Shown here in pieces: positions 51,773 through 64,000 of a stretch of 64,000 nucleotides of DNA. The translations under genes and the position numbers were made by a program. Source of the DNA: Callorhinchus milii (Eukaryota). Position 1 is the first letter of the stretch. Every line of letters starts with the position of its first letter. The stretch lies in NCBI RefSeq assembly GCF_018977255.1, contig NW_024704742.1:65846001-65910000 (forward strand), written 5' to 3'. Under the pieces are notes generated by a model. The model saw only the letters and a list, made by a program, of their open reading frames with translations. It searched no databases and was not told the origin of the DNA.

Positions 51773-54756
51773 CTTCATCCTGACCTTCAAATCCCTCCAC
51801 TCCTGCCTACCTGTGCAATCCATTCTACTTCTATTTCCTGCTTGTATTCTCGGCTCTTCTCATTTGGTCTATTGCTCATTACTCATTCCCTCTATTTCAC
51901 CATTAACAACTTAGCTTTCAGCCATGGGCCTCCCTGGAACATGCCCCCAAAATCTCTTTGCCTTCTGCCTTCTCCAATAATAATCCTTGCATTTGATATA
52001 GCGCCTTATCATGTTGTTGAGATGTCTCAAAGCAAATAAACTATATATTGGATTGACTGTGTATTTTGTGGGCGAAAACCTTCTTAAACCTTCTGCTTGC
52101 CTTCAAAACATTCTCAAAATGTATCTCCGTGACCTTGTTCCTGGGCAACATTCTTAAACTACCCTCTCCTCTCATCCCTGTGATTGGTCATCCCCATCAT
52201 TGTTGGGAAGTGCTTCGAGACATTCGTCCTACTTGAAAGTGCATTTTGTTGAACCCACATTTGCTCTGTGCTGTTTGCAAACTGGATGTATATTCTAGCC
52301 CCGGATACAAAAAGGAAACAACCAGAAATTGTGCATTCAGCATGTGGTGGAAGGCCAGATAACCCTGTCCTCCACACAGCCTGGACTCCCTCTGTTGGCA
52401 ACCAGCCAGGGCCAGTGCAAACAAAGGCACCCATTGACTCTAATTTCCCTGTCAGAAATGATAAGGTCATAAGTCACCTATTTCTTTCCAAGCTGTCTGT
52501 CCTGTCTGCATCTCTATTCTGTGCATCTGGGCCCAACTCCAGAGTGGAATCAAGTGAAGTGGTGTGGAATGAGTGACCCGCCTACTTGACTCAGAACAAT
52601 TCTCCGTTCGATGCTATGTGCACATTTGCAACGTTTTCCTGCTACAAACAACTACCACAGACGTATGCGACTAATAATAATTGCATTTGATATAACGCCT
52701 TATAACGTTGGTAGGACGTCTCAAAGTGCTTCACAATATACTGCAAAGTGAATTGACTGTATATTTTGTTGGCGAAACACAGCAGTGACCCACAAACTGA
52801 CGTGGATTGAGTGACCACATTTTTTTAAAGGGATTATTACCCCCGAAAAGCGATCCACCAGTCACCTGACAACCGGGTGTCCACTTACTGCAAGGTAGAC
52901 AGAGGTGTGTGGAGTCAGGAAACTTGCCTAAGGTTTCGCCCTGCCCAGGAAACAAACTCAGTTGCTCTCACTAGCGAGGTGCTAACCACTATGTTACAGG
53001 ATTCCACAAAGCGAAGAGAACAAGGGAAAACAATGAAAAGCTTTAAGCTCAGTCAGCTAGTCTGTTTACAGCGGTGAGAGAAATATTATGATCTACATGT
53101 AAATTGTGTTCAGTGCAATGTGAACACTAGGCCGGTGATGCTAACAGCTGAAAATTCAGCCACTCTGATCTCCCCTCCACTCCCTGGAAGTCTACCCCCC
53201 CATCCCTCAGCCTCACCCCCTCACTCTCTGCCTTAGGACTTATTTTTCCACTGTGTTTTCTGCCACCTTCCAATCAGCTTTGTGAGAGGTGCTTTGAAAC
53301 AACTTTCCGACAGCTGAAGAGGTTGCCAAGAACGTTGGTTGAGGCTGGGACCCTGGTAAGAGTTAAGTAGCAGCTCGATGCTGTAAAGGGGAGCTAGTAA
53401 CTTTGGTATATTATGTAAGGATTTGAATCTCTCGTGATCTTAGTCTGTGTGTCAGCCAGTAAGTGGTTTATATGGTTCCTGGGGGCACGGATTCTTCCCA
53501 CTCAGCTCCTGTTAATCCCGTTAAAGCCAAAGCCCTAATAGATAGGGTCCTAGTTGGAGAGTCAACAGGAAGCTTGCCAGACAGCGCTCTCAGTAGTTTT
53601 AGCTTGTTAGACTCCAGTGCACACTCTGGGGTCTTCAAGCCTTGGTGTTTGCCACCTGTGCCTAATATTCTCCAGAATTAGGTAAGCAGTTTGCACATTC
53701 CCTTCTAGACAAAGGTAAATTTCCATGTGTAGCTGGCTATACATATGGGGAATGCTTGGTTTGGATACTCTTAAGCATAGTGATGGGTTTCCACATGTGT
53801 CTGACACCCGGCTGACCTAAAAGGTATTGTATATGCAGGGCAAGTTTCTTTCTGAATGGTTGAAAATCCCAATAAGAATTGCTGTAATACATGATGCGTT
53901 AGTTCCCTTCCTCCCCACTCAATGGAGTATCAATAATAATAATAATAATCTTTGCATTTGACATTACTCCTATAAAAATCAAAGAACTTCATAGGTAATT
54001 CTCTCAAGTGTAGTGACTGTATATTTGTATGTAAACACAGCTGCTAATTTTGCACACATTGAGATCCTACACATGGCCATACATGACAATTTTATGTGCA
54101 GCATAATTGGACAGGACACCGGGAGAAACTTCCTTTCTCTTTTCAAATAGTGTCATGGGATAGGATTTAAAAACATCCAGCTAAACAGATAGACAGGACC
54201 TTGGTTTAACACCTCACCTGAAGGACAATACTTTCAACAATGCAACGCTCCTCCAGGACTATACTGAAGTGTCAGCCTAGAAGTCTTTGATAAATTAGAT
54301 TGAATTGGGTTAAAGGGGGTATTGACACCATTTTGACAAGATAGTATTCAAGCTAAGAGGATCCCTGATTCTAGTGAAGTGATGCTGAGTGTAAAGCCAA
54401 GCAAACATTGCTTGATTTTTCTATAGACCGGGAGCAACTTTGCAAGTTCTTATCTCAGGAGTTATATCATTTGGGTATAGTCCATGTTAGCATACAATGT
54501 ACATGGACTCGATGAGCTCAATTACATTTTCATGATGTGTGCTTATGTTCTTAAAAAGAAGTGTGGGGTAAAATGAACCCATTCCTTGTGCTAATTAGCA
54601 GAAGGTGTGTGCAAATTAGTCACCATATTTACTTACCAGAATCTTGAAGAGAAGGAATTTATGCAAGCCAAAGCTCTAACAGGTAAGGTGGTCCTAACTG
54701 GACAAGTAGAGGGGAGCTTGCCAGGTAGTGCTATTAATGGCATGCTATGTGGCTTT

Positions 54757-55072
54757 ATAAATAATAATAATAATCCTTGCATTTGATATAGCTCCTTTCA
54801 TGTCTTCTAGACGTCTCAAAGTGCTTCACAGAATATACTGTAAAGTGAATTGACTGTATAACTGTGGTGAAACGCGGCAGCCAATTGTGCACAGCAGTGT
54901 CCCACAAACAGTCATGAATTAAAGTGACTGATTTAATGTTGTTTTTTTTCTTGAGGGATTATTATCATGCATTTGTAGAAAGGAAACTTGCCCGAGGTTT
55001 CGCCCTGCCGGGAATCAAACCCAGGTCTCTCGCTTGCCAGGCACATGCTCTAAACCAGTGAGCTACAGGACT
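54757..55072 (-). mobile_element. tRNA-derived SINE, short subfamily, nested in the unclassified repeat
   Basis: Full head and tail; the flanks rejoin into the repeat seen intact at 56250-56642. Confidence 0.88.
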
Positions 55073-55489
55073 TTAGCTGGTTAGACTCCAATAGTTATCC
55101 CAATGCACACTCTGGCGTCCCCAAGCCTTGGCTCTTGCCAACCTGCGCCTAATATTCTCTGGAATTAACCTCCAGGGAAAGAGTTCGCGTTTTGGGGAAA
55201 GGCCAGGAAAATTGAACTAAAAGGATTGCTCTTTAAAGGAGCCAGACAAACACGGTGGGCTGAATGGACTTGTTCTGTGCTGTAAATTTCTATGGTTCTA
55301 TTTCATTCCAGACACAGGGAAAGTTCCATGTGTTGGTGGCGCAGGTATGCGCAAAGTGCCAGGGGACGTCTGTGGAAGCATGGTAATGGGTTTTTCAGCA
55401 AATGTCAGATCCCCACCTGACCAAAAAAATTAGATTCTAAATGGAAAAGTGATTACCACCCATGACTGTCGTTGGAACAGAGTAAACAA

Positions 55490-55722
55490 GAGCTAGAAAA
55501 GGGTAGTGGAAATCTGCAACTCTCTCCACTAAAAGGCTGTGGATGCTGGATCAATTCAAATTTTCAAGACTGAGGTGGATACATTTTTGTTAGGTCAGGG
55601 TAGCAAGGGATATGGGGCAAAGGCGGGTAATTGGAGTTGAGGTACAGATCAGCCATGATCTGATAGAATGGCGGAACAGGCTCAAGGGTCTGAATGACTT
55701 ACTCCTGTTCCTATGTTCCTAG
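55490..55722 (+). mobile_element. CR1 3' end fragment (others ~3110-3305, 31900-32070, 33190-33460, 34800-35060, 35575-35660, 46540-46780, 46870-47020)
   Basis: ...gatcagccatgatctgatagaatggcggaacaggctcaagggtctgaatgacttactcctgttcctatgttcct, a CR1-type tail. Confidence 0.8.
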
Positions 55723-56249
55723 GACTGAAAGCAGGAACAGGGCTTCCTTTATTCTCTTTGACGTGGAAGATTTATATCATTTAGAAACTTGACATGATTA
55801 GAAGCGGTGAGTCTCTTCCAGCCCCACATTCCCCAGTGGCAAAGGAAACACATAGCAACATGTTTGGGTTGCACAGTGCTTCTGTGCTGCTACTGTTTTG
55901 CAACGTTCAGAACAGCTCCGGGGCAGAACTGCTATAAATCTGAGCGGAGTTACAGTAAGTGCATAATAAAAGGTATTGTTATTGCAGGTATTAATATGCA
56001 CGTTTACCCTCGTGTTTCAGTTATGTTCAGTGCTCTCTTGTCATTCTGATTGTGATTTATTGCAGCTGAATTGAACCTGCAGCTCCTCCCAGTTCAAAGC
56101 CAAAGGGAAATTGCTGCTTTAGAAAAAAGGATTTTTCTTCTACATAATTTTTGAAAAATCCTGTTACATATTGCAAGACGGGTTGGACCAAGAAAATAGA
56201 AAGTTACCAATAAATACTTTTGCTCATAAGAAGTTTGGCTTCAAATCTG

Positions 56250-56642
56250 GAGCAGGGACTCTACCCACTCAGCTGCTGTTAACCCTGCAAGCCAAGGCCT
56301 AACAAGTAAGGTGGTACTAGCTGGACAAACAGCAGGAAAATTTGCTAAACAATGATATCAATGGCAAGCTATGCGGTTTTAGCTAGACAGTCTCCACAGT
56401 TACCCCAACAATCATTTATTGGGGCTCCTAAGCCTTCGCTCTTGCCATCCTGCACCTAATACTTTCAGGAATTAGGTAAGCAGGATGTGTCCCTCCAGGG
56501 AGAGAGTCACATTCAATTCCAAGGATCTGCTCTGAGATTTCCATCTGTAAGTGGGAGGCATTGAAATCTCAGCTTGGTTTGGATACTTTTAAGCATGGGG
56601 ATGGGTTCCCACATGTGTCAGACATCCACTTGACCAAAAAAT
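56250..56642 (+). repeat. Unclassified A-tailed interspersed repeat, most complete + copy (partial tandem copy at 56645-56908)
   Basis: Shared core gccttggctcttgccaacctgcacctaatac..ggaattaggtaa.caggatgtgtccctccaggg...ttggatactcttaagcatgg...cacatgtgtcagac...tgaccAAAA. Confidence 0.85.
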
Positions 56643-57449
56643 ACAAATGGTAAGCTATGCGGTTTTACCTGGTTAGACTCCAGCAGTACTTCAACGCACA
56701 CCCTGGGGTCCCTAAGCCTTGGCTCTTGCCAACCTGCACACCTAGTACTCTCCAGAATTAGGGAGAGAGTGCTCATTCCATTACATACACAGGGTAATTT
56801 CCATCTCTAGGTGGCATACGCATGTGGAACTGTCAGGTTTGGATACTCTAAAGCATGGTGAAGGGTTTCTGCACGTGTCAAATGCTCGACTGACCAGAGA
56901 AAAAAAAGGACTGACTATCACTTTTTTTTCTTTGGTCCATCTCCAAAATATCTACGTCAATGGAAGGTAGGGTGCCCATCTTACAACCTTCCTTTTTGCC
57001 CATGCCTTCGGTCATTTTCACTCCTCCAACATCTTTGCCCTCTATCCCTCACCAATCCCAACTCGCAGCTCAGGTGCAAACCCCTCATTGTCCAGTGACT
57101 TGAGATGTACTCCCAATGTGAAAGACGCTGTATAAATACAATTTAGCTTCGTTGTTGTTGTAGCCTGAAACTGACATCTCAGGAGCTCAGTCCCTTCGGA
57201 TAAGAGGGTTCGGGGTTTGAAGTGCTGTGGGTATACTTATGCTTTCACCCTTATAAGGTTTAACACCCCTGGCTTCGGCATAATGGTTGGGCCTGAAGAT
57301 TTCACCAGCTTCCATTTGCTATTTCGTATCGCTGTGTTTCAGTACAGATTCTCAGGATACAACTTTAACACGATCAGTATATCGAGAAGCCGTGCTGGAA
57401 TGCTGAATCTGATCTTTGGAAAAATAATTGGGGCCCCGCTATGTGGGAA

Positions 57450-57880
57450 TAACAACAATAACTTGTATTTATAAAGTGCCCTTTGTACAGGTTAGCGTCC
57501 CAGAGCGCTTGACAGTGGCAGAGCACGACGCCGAGCCGGGGGGAGTGGGATGTCACCGTAGGTACGGTCGAAGAGGAAGGTCTTCAGCTGCAACCTGAAG
57601 ATGGGGAAGGAGGGGGCAAGGTGGAGGGATAGGGGAAGAGTGTTGCAGAGTTTCGGGGCATAGTGGCTGAAAGTGCGGCCACACATATGGTGGAATGGAG
57701 GGCACGAGGGACAAGCAGGAGGCTGGAGCCAGTTGAACGGAGGCAGCGGATAGTAAGTTGGGGAGTAAACAGGCCGGAGAGGTAGGCAGGTGCCAGGACA
57801 TGAAGGGATTTGAAGTCGAGTGTGAGGATCTTGAAATTAATCCATTCAGTGATAGGGAGCCAGTGGAGCCTGGCTAGAAC
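57450..57880 (-). mobile_element. L2 LINE 3' end, second subfamily (similar copy at 37870-38140 +)
   Basis: CGRTFSHYAPKLCNTLP...LKTFLFD; tail cggctcggcgtcgtgctctgccactgtcaagcgctctgggacgc. Confidence 0.8.
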
Positions 57881-60800
57881 CGAGAATCCAAGAGCACTTC
57901 AGCTTTGGGACAACCATTGTACTGAGGTCAAGAGTAGCGGGGGGATGGGTTGGAGAAGAGTTCAAGTTCACAACCACAGTCAGTATTTAGGAGCGGATGG
58001 AAAAAGTCTGATGTCTTGTAAATAGTTTGATAACACTTTTGAAAAATTAGCTAATGCATCGTCCAAAGTTTTGAAACGTAGCGTTCTGCGCCACAAAGAA
58101 TCTTTGGTCCTTCGAGTCACATGTGGTCCAAGTTGTTTTTGCCCCACGGGTTGATATTTTAAAATAAAAATCCCCCAAAAACAAGCATTGTGAAGTCAGC
58201 TCTGGGACGCAGTCCAGTGATCTGCACTTTAACCTTTTGTTTAGGCACATTTTACCCCCTGGGTTCCGCATTTCAGACTGTTTACATATAGAGGCAGCTT
58301 GTGTTGTGCAAGCAATTTATCAAACCACTTGGATGAAGCGCAGTTTCCATCTAGGTCATGTTTATTGAAGCCTCCTTCATGTAACCATTTAATAGACAGT
58401 GATAAAAATTGCTTATTGCTCAAAAATCCCGTGTGAGTATGTCACAGTGAATAATAATGAGTATTAGTACTGCAAACATTTGTATGTAGCAAGATTTTCT
58501 TGTGAATATTTTGCTATTTCCTCCTCGTCTCTTGAACTTCTACTGGAATATGGTTCCACAAGCATGCTTTACTACCCAATCCAAATGCCACTATTCACGT
58601 TGGAGACTTAACAGTGACTGATGGTAGGTTATTCGATCACGGATATGAGAGAACGGCAGGGGAGTGGAGAGGATGGTTGTCACACCTTAACCTGGCTTTG
58701 ACAAGCAAGAGTGGGTCTTTGGGTCTTTGGAGCCTGGACCTGATGCTCTCTCCCTCACCCTCAGGTACCCCTTCTACCACTCCAACTGAGATAAAATGAC
58801 TCAATGCACACATGGATTCAAACCCATAACAACAACAAATTACAATTGTATAGCGCCTTTCACATTGGGAGGATGCCCCAATCTGCATGACCTACACCAG
58901 GCATTGCCACTAAGGTATCGGGGGAGTTTGCCTGACACAAATAATCCCTTTGGATCTTTCTATGAGATTACCAGAGTAAATTTCAAACAATGCCAAATTG
59001 GAGTAGGGTAAGGCTGGCTCAGTTGCGAGCAGGACTCTCAGCTCTGAGTGAGAAGGTTGTGGGTTCAAGCCCCATGTTGGGATTTTGAGCTCACAACAAC
59101 AACAACAACAACAACTTAGGGTAGCTTCCCAGATCGCTTGACAGTTAAGGCTAACACGCCAGTGCACTGTTGGGCAGAGCTGCATTGTTGGAGATGCCAT
59201 CCTTTGAATGAGGTGCAAAACAGAGGTTCCATTTGCCTGTTCCTATGGCACTATTTGAAAAGAGAAGGGAATTTCTCCTGATGTCCTGGCCAACAAATCC
59301 CCCAGATAAAATTAATGTTTCAATTCCTGGCTGCTTGTGAGATATTGCTGTGTGCATATTGGCTGCCATGCTTGTGCTAGAAAATAAATGCAGTCACTAG
59401 ACTTTATAGTAAATCTGTGAAGTGATAGATTTTTATTGTGTAAATAAAAGGTGGGTCATTTTCACGAAATCGTCACAGATTCACCACCAAACTGTGACAT
59501 CTAAAACCTTCATGTTACATTCATATTGGGTGTAAACTATTTTCCAATGTGGTTATAAGGAGTATGTCAAAGAGATTTCCAAATGCTCAATGAAAAAAAT
59601 GGGATTTAAATTTAGTTCACAGAGTAGCACAGGGGCAGGGCTAGTGGCTTGTCAGCCAAATGGTCCGTCCTCATGCATGAAATTACCCTACACTTGCAGA
59701 AAAATAGCTTCAAAATCAAGACTGTGTTTACAAAGATTTGCCAAATTCTGGACACTGTGAAATGTTAAAAAGATGGAGTAGATCTAAACCCAGTTGGAAT
59801 TTCCCCCCCATTTGTTGGCCAACAATTCCCCAATTAAAACGAGTCATTCACTCCATGGCTGTTTGTGAGATGTTCTGTGTGCAAATTGGCTGCAGTGTTC
59901 GCCCATAAAACACACAATCACACCACTTTACAGTATATTCTGTGAAACACTTTGAGACATCTCAATTATAATAATAATAATCCTTTCATTTAATATTACT
60001 ATTATGTGATACTGTTATTATTATACTATTAGTATTTACTAAGGCACTATCTTTTCTTTATTATTAGCAGCATTCTCTCCATTTGAGAACTTTAAAGAGA
60101 CTGTAGTCTTTGAGGCTTTGTTGAGTAGCTTATTTCAGAAGCTTGTCTATGCATCTTCACAAAGAAAGACTTTTTCATAGCTCCTTTTTGTGTCAAAACA
60201 CCTCATACCATTTTGCAGGCAATTACTGTTGAGTGAAGTAATAATAATAATCTCTTGTATTTGATATAGCGCCTTATCACATAGTTGAGATGTCTCAAAG
60301 CGCGTCACAGTATATTCTGTAAAGTGAATTGACTGTATATTTGTGGGCAAAGCGCGTCAGCCAATTGCACACAACAGTGTCCCACAAACAGTCATGGATT
60401 GAGTGACCACATTGTTTTTTGAGGGACTGTTAGCCCCCAGAAAGCGATCCGTTAACCGACTAACAACCAGGTTCCTACTTTCCACTAGGTAAACAGAGAC
60501 GTGTGGAGTATGGAAACATGCCTAAGGTTTGACCCGCCTGGGAATCAACTGGTCTTATAGGCAAACAAGGCAGTCATGAGGTGAATGACCAAATTAAAGC
60601 TGGAGGATTGTTGCCCGGGACACAAGAGTGTCATAGGATCTTTAGCATACTCTTGAACAGCTAGACGGGACTACAATCTTGTGCCTCACCTAGATCGAGT
60701 CACTAGATTGTCTCGGACGGCACAGTGTTCCCTGAGTACTATAATCAGAATTCTTTGATATAGCGTCTTATCACTTTTTCCGGATGTCTGAAAGAGCTTC

Positions 60801-63194
60801 ACAGGATATACTGTAAGGTGGTGGGTGTATTTGCAGGCAGTACTACGTTGGAGAGCCAGCCTGGACTATGAGCTCAAGTGTCAATGTGAGGTTTGACCCA
60901 TAACCTTTCTGACCCAGAGGGACCACTAACCGTGCACTTCCAACTACACTATAGTGAAGAAGAAAGAACAACAATGTGACTCATTTGTGACTCGCAAACC
61001 ACATCAACAACAACAACTTGCATTTATAGAGCACCCCTCATGCAGGATAGCATCCCAGAGTGCTTATTTGCAACATCCTGTTTGCCTGTGCTAGCACCAA
61101 AGTGCCCCTCACATTATGCGGCAGCTTGTTTTGCAACAAAATAAACTTGAAAAGAAAATCTATTACCATCCTAAGCAAAAAGCTTTTCATTGCCTGCCCC
61201 AGCCCAGGAGCCCTGCGAGGAAGTCAGACTTGGAGACAGGATGTGGAGGTCAGAACATTCCTAAGACAGGAGCCAGGTCAGCCTGGGAGACCAGCCTGAC
61301 CACATGGGACTGAATCCTACAGGCAGCTGGAGTCTAAAGGTAAAATTAGGTAAACTAATAAGACAGTAGACAGAGACTAGCTTGAAAATCGCTGAAAATG
61401 AAGTCACTCGTTTCTTTTAATGATAGAGGAATAACACACACTGTGTGTAAGCGTACTTCTCTGACTCACTTTTGATCATTTTCCCCTTCCTTGGGTACCC
61501 ACCCCTAGCTAGGATACACAGCCAGCCGCTTTGGGAGACACTAAGGAGGAAAACTGCCCTCTCAGGAAATAGTCTCTTCCTTTCAGACCTTGATCACCGC
61601 CAAATATATTCACACTTGAGGTGAGAAATTCTAGAAATTTGTGAGGTGCTCATGGACAGTGAGTACCTCAGTTGCTTCTTTAAGTGGAAGTTAAGATCGC
61701 ATGGCACTGTGCTTAAAGGTAAGGGAGTCTCTCCCCCTGTCCTGGCCAACAACAACTTACATTTGTATAGCGCCTTTCACATTGGGAGGACGTCCCAAGG
61801 CGCTGATGAAATTACTCATTCACAGCAATGCCCCAGATGAAATTGCTTAGTCACTTCATGGCTGTTTGCGAGACGTTATTCTGCGCAAATTGGTTGCTGG
61901 GGCAGAACGTGAAAATGTGAACAACCCAGCACAGCATCTACAGAGAAAGGCAACGCGCTATTTATAGTAATAATAATCGTTGCATTTGATATAGTGCCTT
62001 ATCAAGTAATTGAGACGTCTCAAAGCGTTTCACAGAATATATTGTAGTAGATTTAACGCTGACATTTAAGCGCTCTGAGACGCTACCCTGCACGGAGGGT
62101 GCTATATAAGTGCAAGTTGTTGTTGTTAACGCTATATCAAATGCAAGGATTATTATTATTTTATTACAACACTGGGCAACATGACCTCAAGTCCTGCTGT
62201 ACCTTTGCACCAAGCAAGCCTATTGATTAAATCCAGTTGCTCCCGCTTACAAAGGGGAAAGTTTTACATCAGAATGCAAGCTGGTTCAGAACAAATCCCT
62301 TATGGTGGCAGTGGACTGACAAACAGCATTTAGGATACATTCAATCCTCACTTGTCACAATAGGAGCTGGGGGAGATGGCGACTCATTGAAGCAAGGGCA
62401 AGCTGCTCTGTTTCCAGACAGGATTGAAAGGATTCACTTGACAAGGCTTCAGGCAACCTCTGAACATTCTGTCGGTTCATGTAGGGCTTGAGCTGTAATT
62501 GGAAGCCATACTTGCTGCTGTGTCAGCCTGGTATCACTCTCACCTCGGGGTCAGAAGGTTGTGCATTCAAACCTCATGTCAGGACGTGGACTTGCAATCT
62601 AGGCTGACACTCCAGTACAGTGACAATAATAGTAATCCTTGCATTTGATGTAGCGCCTTTCATGCTGGAAGGATGTTGCAAAGTGCTTTGCAGGGTTTAC
62701 CATAAAGTGAATCTTGACTGTGTAATTTGTTTGCCTATAAAACACACAGTCACTGCACTTTAGGGTATATCTTGTGAAATACTTTTGGACGTCCTTCCGA
62801 TGTTAAAGGCACTTTCCCGAAATACCAAATACAAGGATTATTATTTATTTTGCAATGAAAAACAGCAGGCAATTTGCTCACAGCAATGGTTCACAAACAG
62901 CTATGAAGTGAAAGACCAATTTTATCTGAAGAATTGTCAGCCTAGGCGCCAGGGGCAACTCCCTTCTCTGTTCAAATAGCACCATGGGATCTTTAACATC
63001 CACCTGAACAGGGAGACAGGACCTCGGTTTCACGTCTCACACAAAGGACGGCACCTCTGACAATGTATCCCCCCCCCCCCCCCCTCCCTTCCTCCGCGCT
63101 GCACTGGAATGTCAGCCTAAAACCAGAAGCTCAAAGTCCCATCATAGGCAGAGCTGAGTGCCGTACATACTTTGTTAGACAAGAACAAGAGAAG

Positions 63195-64000
63195 GAACAC
63201 ATGTTTTAAAACAATATCTTTTTATTGTTGTGGAATGGAATAGTTCCATGTTAATAACAAAGTGTCACAAAGGTTCTGATCAATGCTGGTTTCTTAACTC
63301 CAACAAGACCCATCTGTGAACTCTTTGCAGGCTTCTGTCATTTAAATAGAGGAAAGAGTTTTTTTTATATATGAATTAGAATTTTTGCTTTCTTTCAGTT
63401 GAGTTCTGCGATTATTCCCCAGACTGGAATGTGTCAGGTGACATGTCTCACTCTAAACCACAGAATATAAATCAGACGATCACCATTTATTATTGCAAAT
63501 AAAATGCTTTTAGAATTTCAAATCTCTCCACAAGAACATTCGGATATCATGTTAAAAGTTCGGTCAAAGCTACAATACATTTTGTTTTAAAAAACTCAAT
63601 AAATTAGATATATAATCTAAGTTCTTTTGCGTAAATCATGCACAAATTTCAATATTGGAAAAGGTTGGTTTTATTCATTAGATACCCTGGAATGTACACT
63701 TTCCACAGCGTAAGAAAATACTGACTTTATTTCTTTGCGATTTTACAAAAAATTACACAGCTCTACAGAACGCCTACTTCTATGACACAGAGAGAGAGTT
63801 AAACAGGGTCACTTTCAGCTTTCGAATGAACCTTTCGAAAGAGAAAAAGAGCTTTGCGGATCTAATGAGGGGTGGAAAACGGGATGAGTTACTGATTTTT
63901 AGCAGGATCCTGGAATTCACACTTCTATGTTAACTGTGGAATCCCACCCAAACTCCACGTCTCTTGAATTCAACCCCCAGCAAACCCTTAACTGTATAGT
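63195..64000 (-). other. FGFR3: Probable 3' UTR end of a convergent gene, likely FGFR3
   Basis: AATAAA on - strand at 63221-63226 followed by a T/GT-rich downstream element. The - strand block atatatctaatttattgagttttttaaaacaaaatgtattgtag (~63570-63615) resembles my recollection of the mammalian FGFR3 3' UTR. LETM1 and FGFR3 are tail-to-tail neighbours in vertebrates. No coding sequence in the window. Confidence 0.6.

Overview
Vertebrate genomic DNA, by inference from its repeat content a cartilaginous fish, probably a compact-genome holocephalan. The repeats include DeuSINE/SacSINE1-like and tRNA-derived SINEs with L2-type tails, L2 and CR1 LINEs, and Penelope GIY-YIG elements. The one clear gene is LETM1 (+ strand; mitochondrial inner-membrane Ca2+/H+ or K+/H+ exchange protein). 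Coding exons 2-14 lie at 7149-25060 with canonical GT-AG sites and consistent phases (2213 coding nt); exon 1 is upstream of the window. A long repeat-poor 3' UTR follows. About 35 kb of repeat-rich intergenic DNA leads to a probable convergent 3' end (- strand poly(A) signal at 63221) that looks like FGFR3, the usual tail-to-tail neighbour of LETM1. The most unusual features are: (1) a head-to-head pair of ~290-bp paralogous decayed coding sequences at 35.7-36.7 kb, with a conserved Kozak ATG and excess synonymous differences, flanking a CRE/ETS-palindrome spacer; (2) decayed hammerhead-ribozyme cores in Penelope terminal repeats; (3) an unrecognised A-tailed repeat with 7 copies plus a fragment, all at 30-57 kb. 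Repeat boundaries are approximate and family names come from recollection of consensus sequences, not database searches.
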